A stretch of 64,000 nucleotides of DNA from an uncultured Actinomycetes bacterium (GTDB lineage Bacteria > Actinomycetota > Thermoleophilia > RBG-16-64-13): positions 198,520-262,519 of the forward strand of contig CAWDXC010000009.1 of NCBI GenBank assembly GCA_963806155.1, given 5' to 3'. Positions 48,709 through 57,969 of this stretch are shown here, piece after piece. The translations under genes were made by a program, and so were the position numbers. The notes below the pieces were generated by a model. It searched no databases, was not told the DNA's origin, and saw nothing but the letters and a program-made list of their open reading frames with translations. Positions within the stretch are counted from its first letter, which is position 1, and each line of letters begins with the position of its first letter.

Positions 48709-50717
48709 TTGACGTACACGTCCGCAGTCTTCGTGGTGGTCCTCCTGGCCGCCCTCGCGCTCTTCGTCTACTTCCTCGTGCCGCGGGTGCCGCTACCTGC
48801 TCCTGGGCCGGCCCGAGCCCAGGGCCGACCAGGTGGCGCGAAGGACCGGGGGGTTCCTGGCGCTAGTGTTCGGACAGAAGAAGCTCTTCAAGGAGCGCGT
48901 GGGCATCATCCACTTCTTCATCTTCTGGGGCTTCATCGTCATCGCGTTCGGCACTCTGCAGATCATCGGGGAGGGCCTGAGCGAGGACTTCTCGCTTCCT
49001 CTCATCGGTGACAGCAAGGCCTTCTATCTTCTGAAGGACATACTGAGCGTCCTGGTGCTGGTCGGGGTCGTCGTCGCGGCCTATATCCGCTACGTCGTGC
49101 GGCCGGCGCGCCTCAAGGCGAACCTCGAGGCCGGCGTGATTCTGGCTCTGATCTTCGGCCTCATCGTCACGGAGTTCTTCTACAGCGGCATCTCCTACGC
49201 CCTCGATCCCAGCGAGAGCCATTCACTGGCCTTCGTGACCGTGGCCATCGTCGCAGTTGGTGGACGGGGCAAGCGTGAGTACGTTGGAGTTGGCCCAGGA
49301 CATCCTCTGGTGGCTGCACATCCTTCTACTCCTGGGGTTCCTCGTCTACATCCCCATCTCCAAGCACCTGCACCTCCTCGCCTGCCCCTTCAACGAGTGG
49401 CTGAGGAACCTCAAGCCGCGAGGCGGGCAGATCTACCCGGTAGATTTCGAGAGCGAGGACGTGGAAGAGTTCGGCGTGAGCCGGGTGGAAGGCTTCACCA
49501 AGAAGCAGCTCCTCGACCTGTACGCATGTGCCGAGTGCGGCCGCTGCCAGGACAACTGCCCGGCCTACCAGAGCGGCAAGACTCTCTCCCCCAAGCTGCT
49601 GATGACCAAGCTCCGCGATCACCTGGTGGAGCAGGGGCCGAGCCTTCTACGAAAGACCAACACATCATCCTCCGAAGAAACGCCTGCCGGGGATGCAGCC
49701 GCACCCGCCATGATCGGCGACGTGATATCCACCGAAGAGATATGGGCCTGCACCACCTGCTACTCCTGCCAGGAGCAGTGCCCCGTGATGAACGAGCACG
49801 TCAACAAGATCGTCGACATGCGCCGGCACCTCGTCCTTATGGAGGGTGAGTTCCCCCACGAAGCGACCCTCGTGTTCAGGAACATGGAAGTGAACGGTAA
49901 TCCGCTCGGCGAGAGCGCGCTCATCCGCGGGGATCACCTCCGCAAGCTGGGGGTCCCCACCATCGGGGAAAACCCGGATGCGGAGATGATGTATTGGCCA
50001 GGATGCAGTGGTGCGCTCGACGCACGGAATCAAAAGGTCTCGACCGCTTTTGTGAAGCTGGCGGAATCTGCAGGCGTGTCGCTCGCCACGCTCGGGAATG
50101 AGGAGAAGTGCTGTGGGGAGGCGGCCCGGCGCCTGGGCAACGAGTACCTCTACCAGACCCTCGCCCTGGGAAACGTGGAGGTCCTCAACAGTTACGGCGT
50201 CAAAAGAATCGTCACCCAATGCCCACACTGTTTCAACACGCTCAAGAACGAGTATCCGCAGCTGGGCGGCGACTTCGAAGTCCTGCACCATACCCAGCTC
50301 CTCTCGGAACTCATCGAGGCCGGGAGGCTCGAGCTGGGAGCGTCGGAGCGCAAGAAGGTCACCTATCACGACGCCTGCTACCTAGGCCGCTACAACGGCA
50401 TCTACGAACTGCCGCGACAACTTCTTCGGACCGCCGGGCTCGACCTGGTAGAGATGCCCCGCAGGAAGACCAAGGCGTTCTGCTGCGGCGGGGGCGGTGG
50501 CCGGATGTGGCTGGAAGAGGACGAGGGTGAGCGCATAAACAACATCCGGACCGACGAGGTCCTCGGCGTGTCGCCGGATATCGCCGCCGTCGCCTGCCCT
50601 TATTGCCTGACCATGCTGAAGGACGGTGTCGATGCTCGCGAAGCGGGCGACCGGGTGCGAGTCATGGATATAGCCGAGATCCTCCAAGTGACCGTTTCGA
50701 GCAGTCCCACCCCCTAG
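48709..50717 (+). pseudogene. EtfD-like membrane-bound (Fe-S)-binding oxidoreductase (NarI/HdrE-like TM domain fused to CCG-domain FeS protein), two apparent frameshifts (~48788, ~49265)
   Basis: TM helices across frames 48709/48833/49257; cytoplasmic part has CAECGRCQDNCP, CTTCYSCQEQCP and CCG motifs (EKCCGE, FCCGGGGG); follows etfBA directly. Confidence 0.6.
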
Positions 50718-50861
50718 TTCTGAAGACCACTGGCCCCGGGCGCCGGGCAGGCGCCGGCGGGCCCCGGACCAGAGAAGGGCATCGCGAGTGGATGGTGTCA
50801 TCTTCCACGGGAACGTGCCGCATCAGAGAGAGATCGCTGGCTCCGCGATTCGCTACCCATT

Positions 50862-50903
50862 GTCACTCACGAACTTGAGTCAGTGTTTTATAAGTGATAG
50901 TGT
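50862..50903 (+). promoter_or_regulatory. candidate promoter: GTCACTCACGAACTTGAGT extended -35, 17-nt spacer, -10 TAGTGT
   Basis: ~130 nt upstream of alpha3 GTG start; ACTCACGAACTTGA matches ACTCACGGACTTGA at 26251..26270. Confidence 0.5.
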
Positions 50904-51037
50904 AGGACGCGATCTACGGTTTTGGTCAGGAACAGAGTTGCTCGAGAGGGCCAAAGACCAGAGGAACGGGGGGCGATGAGAGTAGGACACACCAACAGCC
51001 ATCCTCGCTCAACTTCCAGAACGAAGGGAGCCCACTG

Positions 51038-53551
51038 GTGACAGAGCAGGTCTTCATGAACGCGACGATCGCCGGCCCGGTCTCCGTCTACGTGAGAGAC
51101 GGCAAGATCGTGAGGATCCGGCCGCTGCAGGTCGATGGACAAGACCTGAAGCCCTGGACGATCGAAGACTCCCGAGGCGCGAAGTATTCTCCCCCCAAGA
51201 AGCTGAAGCTCGGGCCCTATGTGATGGCCGCTCGAACGCAGCTCTATTCCGACGACCGGCTTCTTCGCCCCATGAAACGGGTCGACTTCGATCCTAAGGG
51301 GGAAAGACACCCGGAGAACCGCGGCAAGTCCGGATACGAGCCGATAAGCTGGGACGAGGCTCTGGACCTAGTGGCCGGCGAGATGGAGAGAATACGGACC
51401 GAGCACGGTCCGGCGGCGATCGCGGCCCTCGACCAGGACCACCATAACTGGGGCATCGTGGGCTACCGGTTTGGGCCTTATTTCCGGTTCTTCAACACCA
51501 TCGGGTTCACAGAGGTGCTGCACAATCCGGACAGCTGGGAAGGCTGGCACTGGGGCACTCCCCATGTGTACGGCTACTGGTGGCAACTAGGCGTGCCCGA
51601 GCAGTTCGATCTGCTCGAGGATACGCTGAAGCACGCCGAGAACATCATCTACTGGTCGAACGACCCGGACTACACCAGGGCCGCCTACAACGGCATGGAG
51701 TCTGCCATCTGGTTCGACTGGATGCGCGACGCCGGCAAGCAGCAGATATTCATCGATCCCTTCTGCAACTACACCGCCTCCAAGCTGGCCGACAAATGGA
51801 TCGCCCCCCGGCCGGGCACCGACTCGGCCTTGGCTCTGGCCATCGCTTGGGTCTGGATCGACGAAGACAGCTACGACGCTCAGTACGTGGCCGAGAAGAC
51901 AGTCGGCTTCGAAGAGTTCAAACGATACGTGACGGGCGAAGAAGACGGGGTGCCCAAGACCCCCGCGTGGGCGGCCGACATAACAGGCGTTCCCGCCCGC
52001 ACTCTTGAAGCTCTGGCCCACGAGTGGGCCGCCAAAAGGACGACGATCGCAGGAGCCGGCATGGGCGGCGCGTGCCGCACCGCCTACGGGCACGAATACC
52101 CCCGGTTGGTGGTTTTGCTGCAGGCGATGCAGGGGCTAGGCAAGCCGGGCGTCAATCTGTGGGGCAACGCCACGGCCGCGCCGGCGAACTACAACGTCCT
52201 CTTCCCCGGATATGCCGATCTGGACGCCATGATGAGCTTCTCGAGCGCCGCACGGAAGAAGGCTATCAACCCCGTGGAGCAGCGCCTCTATCGCCTCATG
52301 CTGGCCGACTCCATCCTGGATCCGCCCGTCAAGTGGATGGGCGAGGGGTTCTGCGGCCAACAACTGGAGCAGCAGTTCGCCCGCTTCGAGTACCCCATGC
52401 CCGGCTACCCGGAAGTGAGGATGCTCTACCGCTACGGATCCGCCTCGCTCGGAACGATGACCGAGGGCAATAAGCTCGTGAAGATGTTCCAGAGCCCCAA
52501 GCTGGATATGGTGGTAGTGCAGGACTGCTGGTGGAACACCGAGACCAGGTTCGCGGACGTGATCCTGCCTGCGTGCACCAACTTCGAGCGCAACGACATC
52601 GCCGAGTGGGGAGAAGCCGGCGGGTACCTCAAATGGTGCTCGACCGGATCCAACTACCGCATCGTCACCTACCAGCAGAAATGCATCGAGCCTCTGGGCG
52701 AATCGAGATCGGATTACTCGATCTTCTCGGAGCTCGCCAAACGACTGGGGGTGTGGGAGGACTTCTCCGACGGAGGTCGCTTGGAAGATGATTGGATCAA
52801 GGCCTACTTCGACGTGAGCGACCTGCCCAAGTACATCTCCTGGGAGGAGTTCCTCAAGAAGGGGTACCACGTCATCCCGGTGCCCGAGCCGTATGAGTCC
52901 ACGCCAGCGTTCCGCTGGTTCTACGAAGGCAGGGACTGCGACACCCCCGACATGATGAACCCAAACAAGGGCACCGAGCGGGCCGGTCAGCTGGCTACCC
53001 CCAGTGGGAAGATCGAGTTCGTGTCCGGCAGCCTGACCAAATTCACGCCCGACGACGAAGAGCGGCCGCCCGTGCCTCACTACATCCCCAGTTGGGAAGG
53101 TCCCGAGTCCGAGTTGGCCAAAAGGTATCCGTTACAGCTGATAACCCCCCACCCCCGCTACTCCTTCCACACCCACTTCGACAAGAAGGGCTCCTGGATC
53201 AACGACATCCCCGGTCATCGCCGTCTCGTCAACGGCTACTACTACTGGACGGTCAGGATCAGCCCCTCCGATGCAGCGGAGCGCGGGATCAAGGATGGAG
53301 ATGTCGTGCGACTCTTCAATGACCGCGGGTCGGTCCTCGGAGCGGCGACGGTGACCGAGAGGATCAAGTCCGGGGTGATCCACAGCTACTGCTCCTGCGG
53401 CAGGTACGACCCCGCGGAGCCCGGGAAGGCCTACTCCCTCGATCGGGGCGGCTGCGTCAACCTGCTCACCTCCGATAGGCTCATGTCCAAGAACGCACCG
53501 GGGATGGCACCCAACTCCTGCCTTGTCGAGATCGAAAGATGGGAGGCCTGA
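51038..53551 (+). CDS. molybdopterin oxidoreductase large subunit, closest to pyrogallol transhydroxylase AthL-type (alpha3)
   Basis: 837 aa; GTG start with GAAGGGAG SD; motifs GPVSVYVRDGKIVRIRP, YEPISWDEA, HNPDSWEGWHWG, FDLLEDTLKHAE, ACTNFERNDI, KCIEPLGES, DRGGCVNLLTSDR. Confidence 0.8.
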   Translation: MTEQVFMNATIAGPVSVYVRDGKIVRIRPLQVDGQDLKPWTIEDSRGAKYSPPKKLKLGPYVMAARTQLYSDDRLLRPMKRVDFDPKGERHPENRGKSGYEPISWDEALDLVAGEMERIRTEHGPAAIAALDQDHHNWGIVGYRFGPYFRFFNTIGFTEVLHNPDSWEGWHWGTPHVYGYWWQLGVPEQFDLLEDTLKHAENIIYWSNDPDYTRAAYNGMESAIWFDWMRDAGKQQIFIDPFCNYTASKLADKWIAPRPGTDSALALAIAWVWIDEDSYDAQYVAEKTVGFEEFKRYVTGEEDGVPKTPAWAADITGVPARTLEALAHEWAAKRTTIAGAGMGGACRTAYGHEYPRLVVLLQAMQGLGKPGVNLWGNATAAPANYNVLFPGYADLDAMMSFSSAARKKAINPVEQRLYRLMLADSILDPPVKWMGEGFCGQQLEQQFARFEYPMPGYPEVRMLYRYGSASLGTMTEGNKLVKMFQSPKLDMVVVQDCWWNTETRFADVILPACTNFERNDIAEWGEAGGYLKWCSTGSNYRIVTYQQKCIEPLGESRSDYSIFSELAKRLGVWEDFSDGGRLEDDWIKAYFDVSDLPKYISWEEFLKKGYHVIPVPEPYESTPAFRWFYEGRDCDTPDMMNPNKGTERAGQLATPSGKIEFVSGSLTKFTPDDEERPPVPHYIPSWEGPESELAKRYPLQLITPHPRYSFHTHFDKKGSWINDIPGHRRLVNGYYYWTVRISPSDAAERGIKDGDVVRLFNDRGSVLGAATVTERIKSGVIHSYCSCGRYDPAEPGKAYSLDRGGCVNLLTSDRLMSKNAPGMAPNSCLVEIERWEA

Positions 53552-53553
53552 CT

Positions 53554-54384
53554 ATGTCGCGCTATGCCCTGCTCATAGACATGGAGAAATGCAACGGCTG
53601 CTACGCCTGCTTCATGGCCTGTCGCGACGAGCACTGCGGGAACGATCACCTGCCTTACTCGGCGGCCCAGCCCTATTCGGGCCACTTCTGGATGCGCATC
53701 ATCGAACGCGAACGCGGGTCGTATCCCAGGGTCAAGGCCGCCTACATCAAGGTCCCCTGCATGCACTGCGATGACGCTCCCTGTGTCACCCAGTATCCGG
53801 ACCAAGTCTACAAGCGCCCGGACGGCATCGTCATCATCGATCCGGTCAAAGCCAAAGGGGCGAAGGAGATCCTGGATTCCTGCCCCTACCGGGTGATCTT
53901 CTGGAACGAGGAGACCGATCTGCCGCAGAAATGCACCATGTGCGCGCATCTTCTCGACGAGGGTTGGGAAGAGCCCCGGTGCGTGGAAGTATGTCCCACC
54001 AAGGCCCTTCTCTTCGGCGACCTGGACGACCTGGAGAGCGAGGTAGCCAAACGTCTAGCTGAAGGTGAGGCTGAGGTCTTCCACCCCGAATACGGCCTCA
54101 AGGGGAGCGTCCGGTACCTGGGCCTGCCCAAACGGTTCATCGCCGGCAGCCTGGTCTTCGGCGATACCGACAAATGTGCGGGCGATGTCACCGTGACCCT
54201 GGCCGGCGACGGGGAGAAGAGGCAGGCCACGAGCAACGGCTTCGGGGATTTCGAGTTCGAGGGAGTGGACAAGGACAAGGAATACATCCTGGAGGTCAAG
54301 CACCCAGGCTACCGGGACAGGCAGCTCGCCGTGTACACACAGATCGACAAATACCTAGGCGACATAGTGTTGGAGAAGATCTAG
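53554..54384 (+). CDS. 4Fe-4S ferredoxin beta subunit with C-terminal beta-sandwich domain (beta3)
   Basis: GGGAGG SD; CNGCYACFMACRDEHCG etc.; 3 nt downstream of alpha3. Confidence 0.8.
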   Translation: MSRYALLIDMEKCNGCYACFMACRDEHCGNDHLPYSAAQPYSGHFWMRIIERERGSYPRVKAAYIKVPCMHCDDAPCVTQYPDQVYKRPDGIVIIDPVKAKGAKEILDSCPYRVIFWNEETDLPQKCTMCAHLLDEGWEEPRCVEVCPTKALLFGDLDDLESEVAKRLAEGEAEVFHPEYGLKGSVRYLGLPKRFIAGSLVFGDTDKCAGDVTVTLAGDGEKRQATSNGFGDFEFEGVDKDKEYILEVKHPGYRDRQLAVYTQIDKYLGDIVLEKI

Positions 54385-54431
54385 TACCGGATCTCGAGGC
54401 ACGCTAGATCTTAACGGCTAGTAAGGAGAGT

Positions 54432-56945
54432 GTGGTGGAAGAGGTCCTGACCCAGTGCACTTCAGGCGGAGCGGTCCAGGTCCATGTCGAGGATGGGGTG
54501 ATCACCAAGATCCGGCCGCTCGTCTTCGACGAGACAGATGCCCCTGGGTGGACGCTCGAGGCCAGAGGTAGAGAGTTCAGTCCTCCGCGCAAGACAACGG
54601 TGATGCCGTACGTCGTCGCGGAGAGGAGCCGCATCTACTCGGAGAACAGGATCAAGTATCCCTGCAAGCGAGTGGATTTCGATCCCAAGGGGGAACGGAA
54701 CCCCCAGAACAGAGGGAAGTCCGCCTACGAGCGCATAAGCTGGGACGAAGCGTTCGACATAGTCGCGGGCGAGATGCAGCGAGTGCGCGAGATCTACGGG
54801 CCGGCCGCCATAGCTGCCTCCACCGGATCGCACCACAACTGGGGTCTGCTGTTCTACAAGATGGGACCCTTCGGCCGCTTCTTCAACATGCTCGGCTACA
54901 CCGAGATCGTGGACAACCCGGACAGCTGGGAGGGTTGGCACTGGGGCGCCATCCACACCTGGGGCTACTGGTGGCGGCTCGGGGTCTCGGACAACTACGA
55001 CATGCTCGAGGAGGCCCTCAAGAACACCGACCAGGTGGTCATGTGGTCGGTGGACCCGAATACAACCACCGGCTATCCGGGCCAGGATTCGCTCCTGTGG
55101 CGGATATGGTTGAAACAACTGGGCATCAAGCTGATCTTCATCGATCCCTGGTGCAACTTCACGGCCGGTATGCTGGCGGACAAATGGTTCGCCCCGCGGC
55201 CGGGCACGGACGCGGCTCTGGCTCAGGCCATCGCCTACGTGTGGATCAAAGAGGGCTCCTACGACAAGTGGTTCGTCGAGAACCGGACCGTGGGCTTCCC
55301 GGAATTCGAGAAGCACATCCTGGGCGAGCAAGACGGGATAGCCAAGACGCCGGAGTGGGCCGCGGAGATAACCGGCATCCCGGCCCGCGACATACAGGCG
55401 CTCGCTCGCAGTTGGGCCTCGAAGCGGACCATGCTTGGGTGTGGGGCTATGGTCGGGCTCGGGGGCGCGTGCCGGGGAGCGTACGCGACCGAATGGGCCC
55501 GGATGATGGTGCTCCTCATCTCGATGCAGGGCTTGGGCAAACCGGGTGTCAACGTCTGGGGCGGGTGCGGAATGGGCCAGCCCGCCGACTACTCCTTCCG
55601 GTTCCCCGGCTATTCCTCAGCCGGTTGGGACGCCTTCAACCTCGTCTCCGAGAAGAGAGCGATCAATAACGTGTCCCAGAAGATCTGCCGTCTGCTCCTG
55701 CCCGAGGCCATCCTCGCTCCACCGGTGGAGTGGGATGGGGAGGGCTTCTGCGGGTTTGCGCTCGACCAGCAGTTCACTCACCACACCTACCCCGAACCCG
55801 GGACCACCGAGATCAAGCTGCTCTACCGGCACGGGGGCTCCTACATCTCCACCATGACCGACACCAGCCGGTTCGTCCGGATGTATCAGAGTCCCAAGCT
55901 CGAGTGCGTGGTCAGCCAGGATTGCCACTGGCAGAGTGAGACCAAGTTCGCCGACGTGATCCTGCCGGCCAGCACCAATTTCGAGCAGGAGGACATCTGT
56001 GAGTGGGGGAATCCCGGTGGATACGCGGAAAACAAGGGTGGAGAGAACTTCCGCGTCGTCATCAGTCAGAAGAAGTGCATCGAGCCCCTCTGGGAATCGA
56101 AGCCGGACTGGGACATCTACTGCGAACTGGCCAAACGCTTGGGCTTCCTCGAGGACTATACAGAGGGCAATACGCGGGAGGATTGGATCAGAAAGCTCTT
56201 CGACTCCACCTCGCTGCCGGAGCACGTGAGCTACGAGGACTTCAAGAAGAAGGGCTACTTCGTGGTGCCTCCGCCTTCGGGCGACTACAAGCGCACCGTC
56301 TCCAACCGCTGGTATTACGAGGGCCGCAAGTGCGACGTCCCCGACTCGTTCAATCCTACGATCAGGGGCGAGGGCACGGACAAGCTGGGCACCTACAGCG
56401 GCAAGATCGAGTTCGTCTCGCAGAGTCTGCTGGAGCACTTCCCGGATGACGAAGAACGGCCGCCGCTGCCCCGGTACATCCCCAGCTGGGAAGGGTACGA
56501 CAGCGCGCTCGCCAAGAAGTACCCGCTGCAGCTCCTCACGACACACGCCCGCTTCTCGTTCCATACGCAATACGACAACAAGACCCCGTGGCTGGACGAG
56601 ATCCCGGTGCACCGCGTCATCAAGGACGGGTACGCTTATCTTCCGGTCCGGATCCATCCTTCGGATGCCGCGCCGCGCAACATCCGCCACGGAGACATCG
56701 TGAAGCTCTTCAACGACAGGGGTTCCGTGCTGTGCATCGCTCAACTCACCGAGCGGGTCAAGCCCGGCGTCCTTCACACCTACCAGGCGGGAGCCAAGTA
56801 CGATCCGCTCGAGCCGGGCAAGGCCGGAAGCACCGACAAGGGTGGCTGCGTCAACATACTGACCCCCGGGCGGATGATCTCGAAGCACGCGCCAGGCATG
56901 GCCAACAACTCCTGCCTGGTGGAAGTGGCGAGGAGTGATGTCTAG
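54432..56945 (+). CDS. molybdopterin oxidoreductase large subunit, transhydroxylase-like (alpha4, ~50% identical to alpha3)
   Basis: 837 aa; AAGGAG SD; only 47 bp after beta3, so probably co-transcribed. Confidence 0.8.
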   Translation: MVEEVLTQCTSGGAVQVHVEDGVITKIRPLVFDETDAPGWTLEARGREFSPPRKTTVMPYVVAERSRIYSENRIKYPCKRVDFDPKGERNPQNRGKSAYERISWDEAFDIVAGEMQRVREIYGPAAIAASTGSHHNWGLLFYKMGPFGRFFNMLGYTEIVDNPDSWEGWHWGAIHTWGYWWRLGVSDNYDMLEEALKNTDQVVMWSVDPNTTTGYPGQDSLLWRIWLKQLGIKLIFIDPWCNFTAGMLADKWFAPRPGTDAALAQAIAYVWIKEGSYDKWFVENRTVGFPEFEKHILGEQDGIAKTPEWAAEITGIPARDIQALARSWASKRTMLGCGAMVGLGGACRGAYATEWARMMVLLISMQGLGKPGVNVWGGCGMGQPADYSFRFPGYSSAGWDAFNLVSEKRAINNVSQKICRLLLPEAILAPPVEWDGEGFCGFALDQQFTHHTYPEPGTTEIKLLYRHGGSYISTMTDTSRFVRMYQSPKLECVVSQDCHWQSETKFADVILPASTNFEQEDICEWGNPGGYAENKGGENFRVVISQKKCIEPLWESKPDWDIYCELAKRLGFLEDYTEGNTREDWIRKLFDSTSLPEHVSYEDFKKKGYFVVPPPSGDYKRTVSNRWYYEGRKCDVPDSFNPTIRGEGTDKLGTYSGKIEFVSQSLLEHFPDDEERPPLPRYIPSWEGYDSALAKKYPLQLLTTHARFSFHTQYDNKTPWLDEIPVHRVIKDGYAYLPVRIHPSDAAPRNIRHGDIVKLFNDRGSVLCIAQLTERVKPGVLHTYQAGAKYDPLEPGKAGSTDKGGCVNILTPGRMISKHAPGMANNSCLVEVARSDV

Positions 56946-57776
56946 ATGACCAGATACGGCATGGTAGTCGATATCGTCAAGTGCAGTGGCTGTTACAACT
57001 GCTTTCTAGCCTGCAAGGACGAGCACTGCGGCCATGATCAGCCGGGGTACGCCGCCCCTCAGCCGATGACCGGACACTCCTGGATGCGGCTGGTGGAGAC
57101 TGAGCGAGGCTCGTATCCAAAGGTCAAGGTCGCCTACACGGCCGTCCCCTGCATGCACTGCCAGGAAGCCACCTGTCTCGAGAAGGCCGAAGGCGGAGCG
57201 GTCTATCGCCGGGCCGACGGCATCGTCATGATCGACCCGGTGAAAGCGAAAGGGCAGAAGCAGCTGGTCTCTTCCTGCCCCTACCGGGTCATCTACTGGA
57301 ACGAAGAGCTAGACCTGCCGCAGAAGTGCACGTTCTGTGCCCATCTCCTCGATGCCGGCTGGAAAGAGCCCCGGTGCGTGGAGCTATGTCCCGCCGGCGC
57401 TCTGACCTTCGGGGATCTGGACGATCCCGAGAGCGAAGTGGCGAAATTGGTCTCCGGGCAGAGGACGGAGGCCCTACATCCGGAGTTCGGGCTGAAGGAG
57501 AACGTCGTCTACGTCAACCTGCCCAAGAAGTTCATAGCCGGGACCGTGGCGTTCGGGGATACGGACGAATGCGCCCCCGGGGTGACCGTCACCGTGGGCA
57601 TTGACGGCCGGCAGCAGACGGCCATGACGGACGAATTCGGCGATTTCGAGTTCGAAGGTCTGGCCGAGGGGCAGGACTACACCGTGATCCTTGCCGCGGA
57701 CGGATACCGTTCCCAGGAATTGAACGTGAAGACACTGAGGGACATCTACCTGGGAGTCATAACGCTCGAGAAGTGA
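56946..57776 (+). CDS. 4Fe-4S ferredoxin beta subunit with C-terminal beta-sandwich domain (beta4)
   Basis: ATG directly after alpha4 TAG; same Cys pattern. Confidence 0.8.
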   Translation: MTRYGMVVDIVKCSGCYNCFLACKDEHCGHDQPGYAAPQPMTGHSWMRLVETERGSYPKVKVAYTAVPCMHCQEATCLEKAEGGAVYRRADGIVMIDPVKAKGQKQLVSSCPYRVIYWNEELDLPQKCTFCAHLLDAGWKEPRCVELCPAGALTFGDLDDPESEVAKLVSGQRTEALHPEFGLKENVVYVNLPKKFIAGTVAFGDTDECAPGVTVTVGIDGRQQTAMTDEFGDFEFEGLAEGQDYTVILAADGYRSQELNVKTLRDIYLGVITLEK

Positions 57777-57969
57777 TAACGAGCTGATGGTGGCCCTCCC
57801 CCAGCCAGGCCCGGCCAAGGGTCGGGTGTGGCGGCGGGAGGGCCCCACCATCCGGTTTGAACCGCCCTGCCTCCCTCGTCCGCCAAGCCAGAAGCCGGCC
57901 GCCCCTCCGAACGCTCGAAGAGTTCCGGAGGGGCGGCCGCTGGGGGGGCGCTGGAAACCCGGTTTCCTG

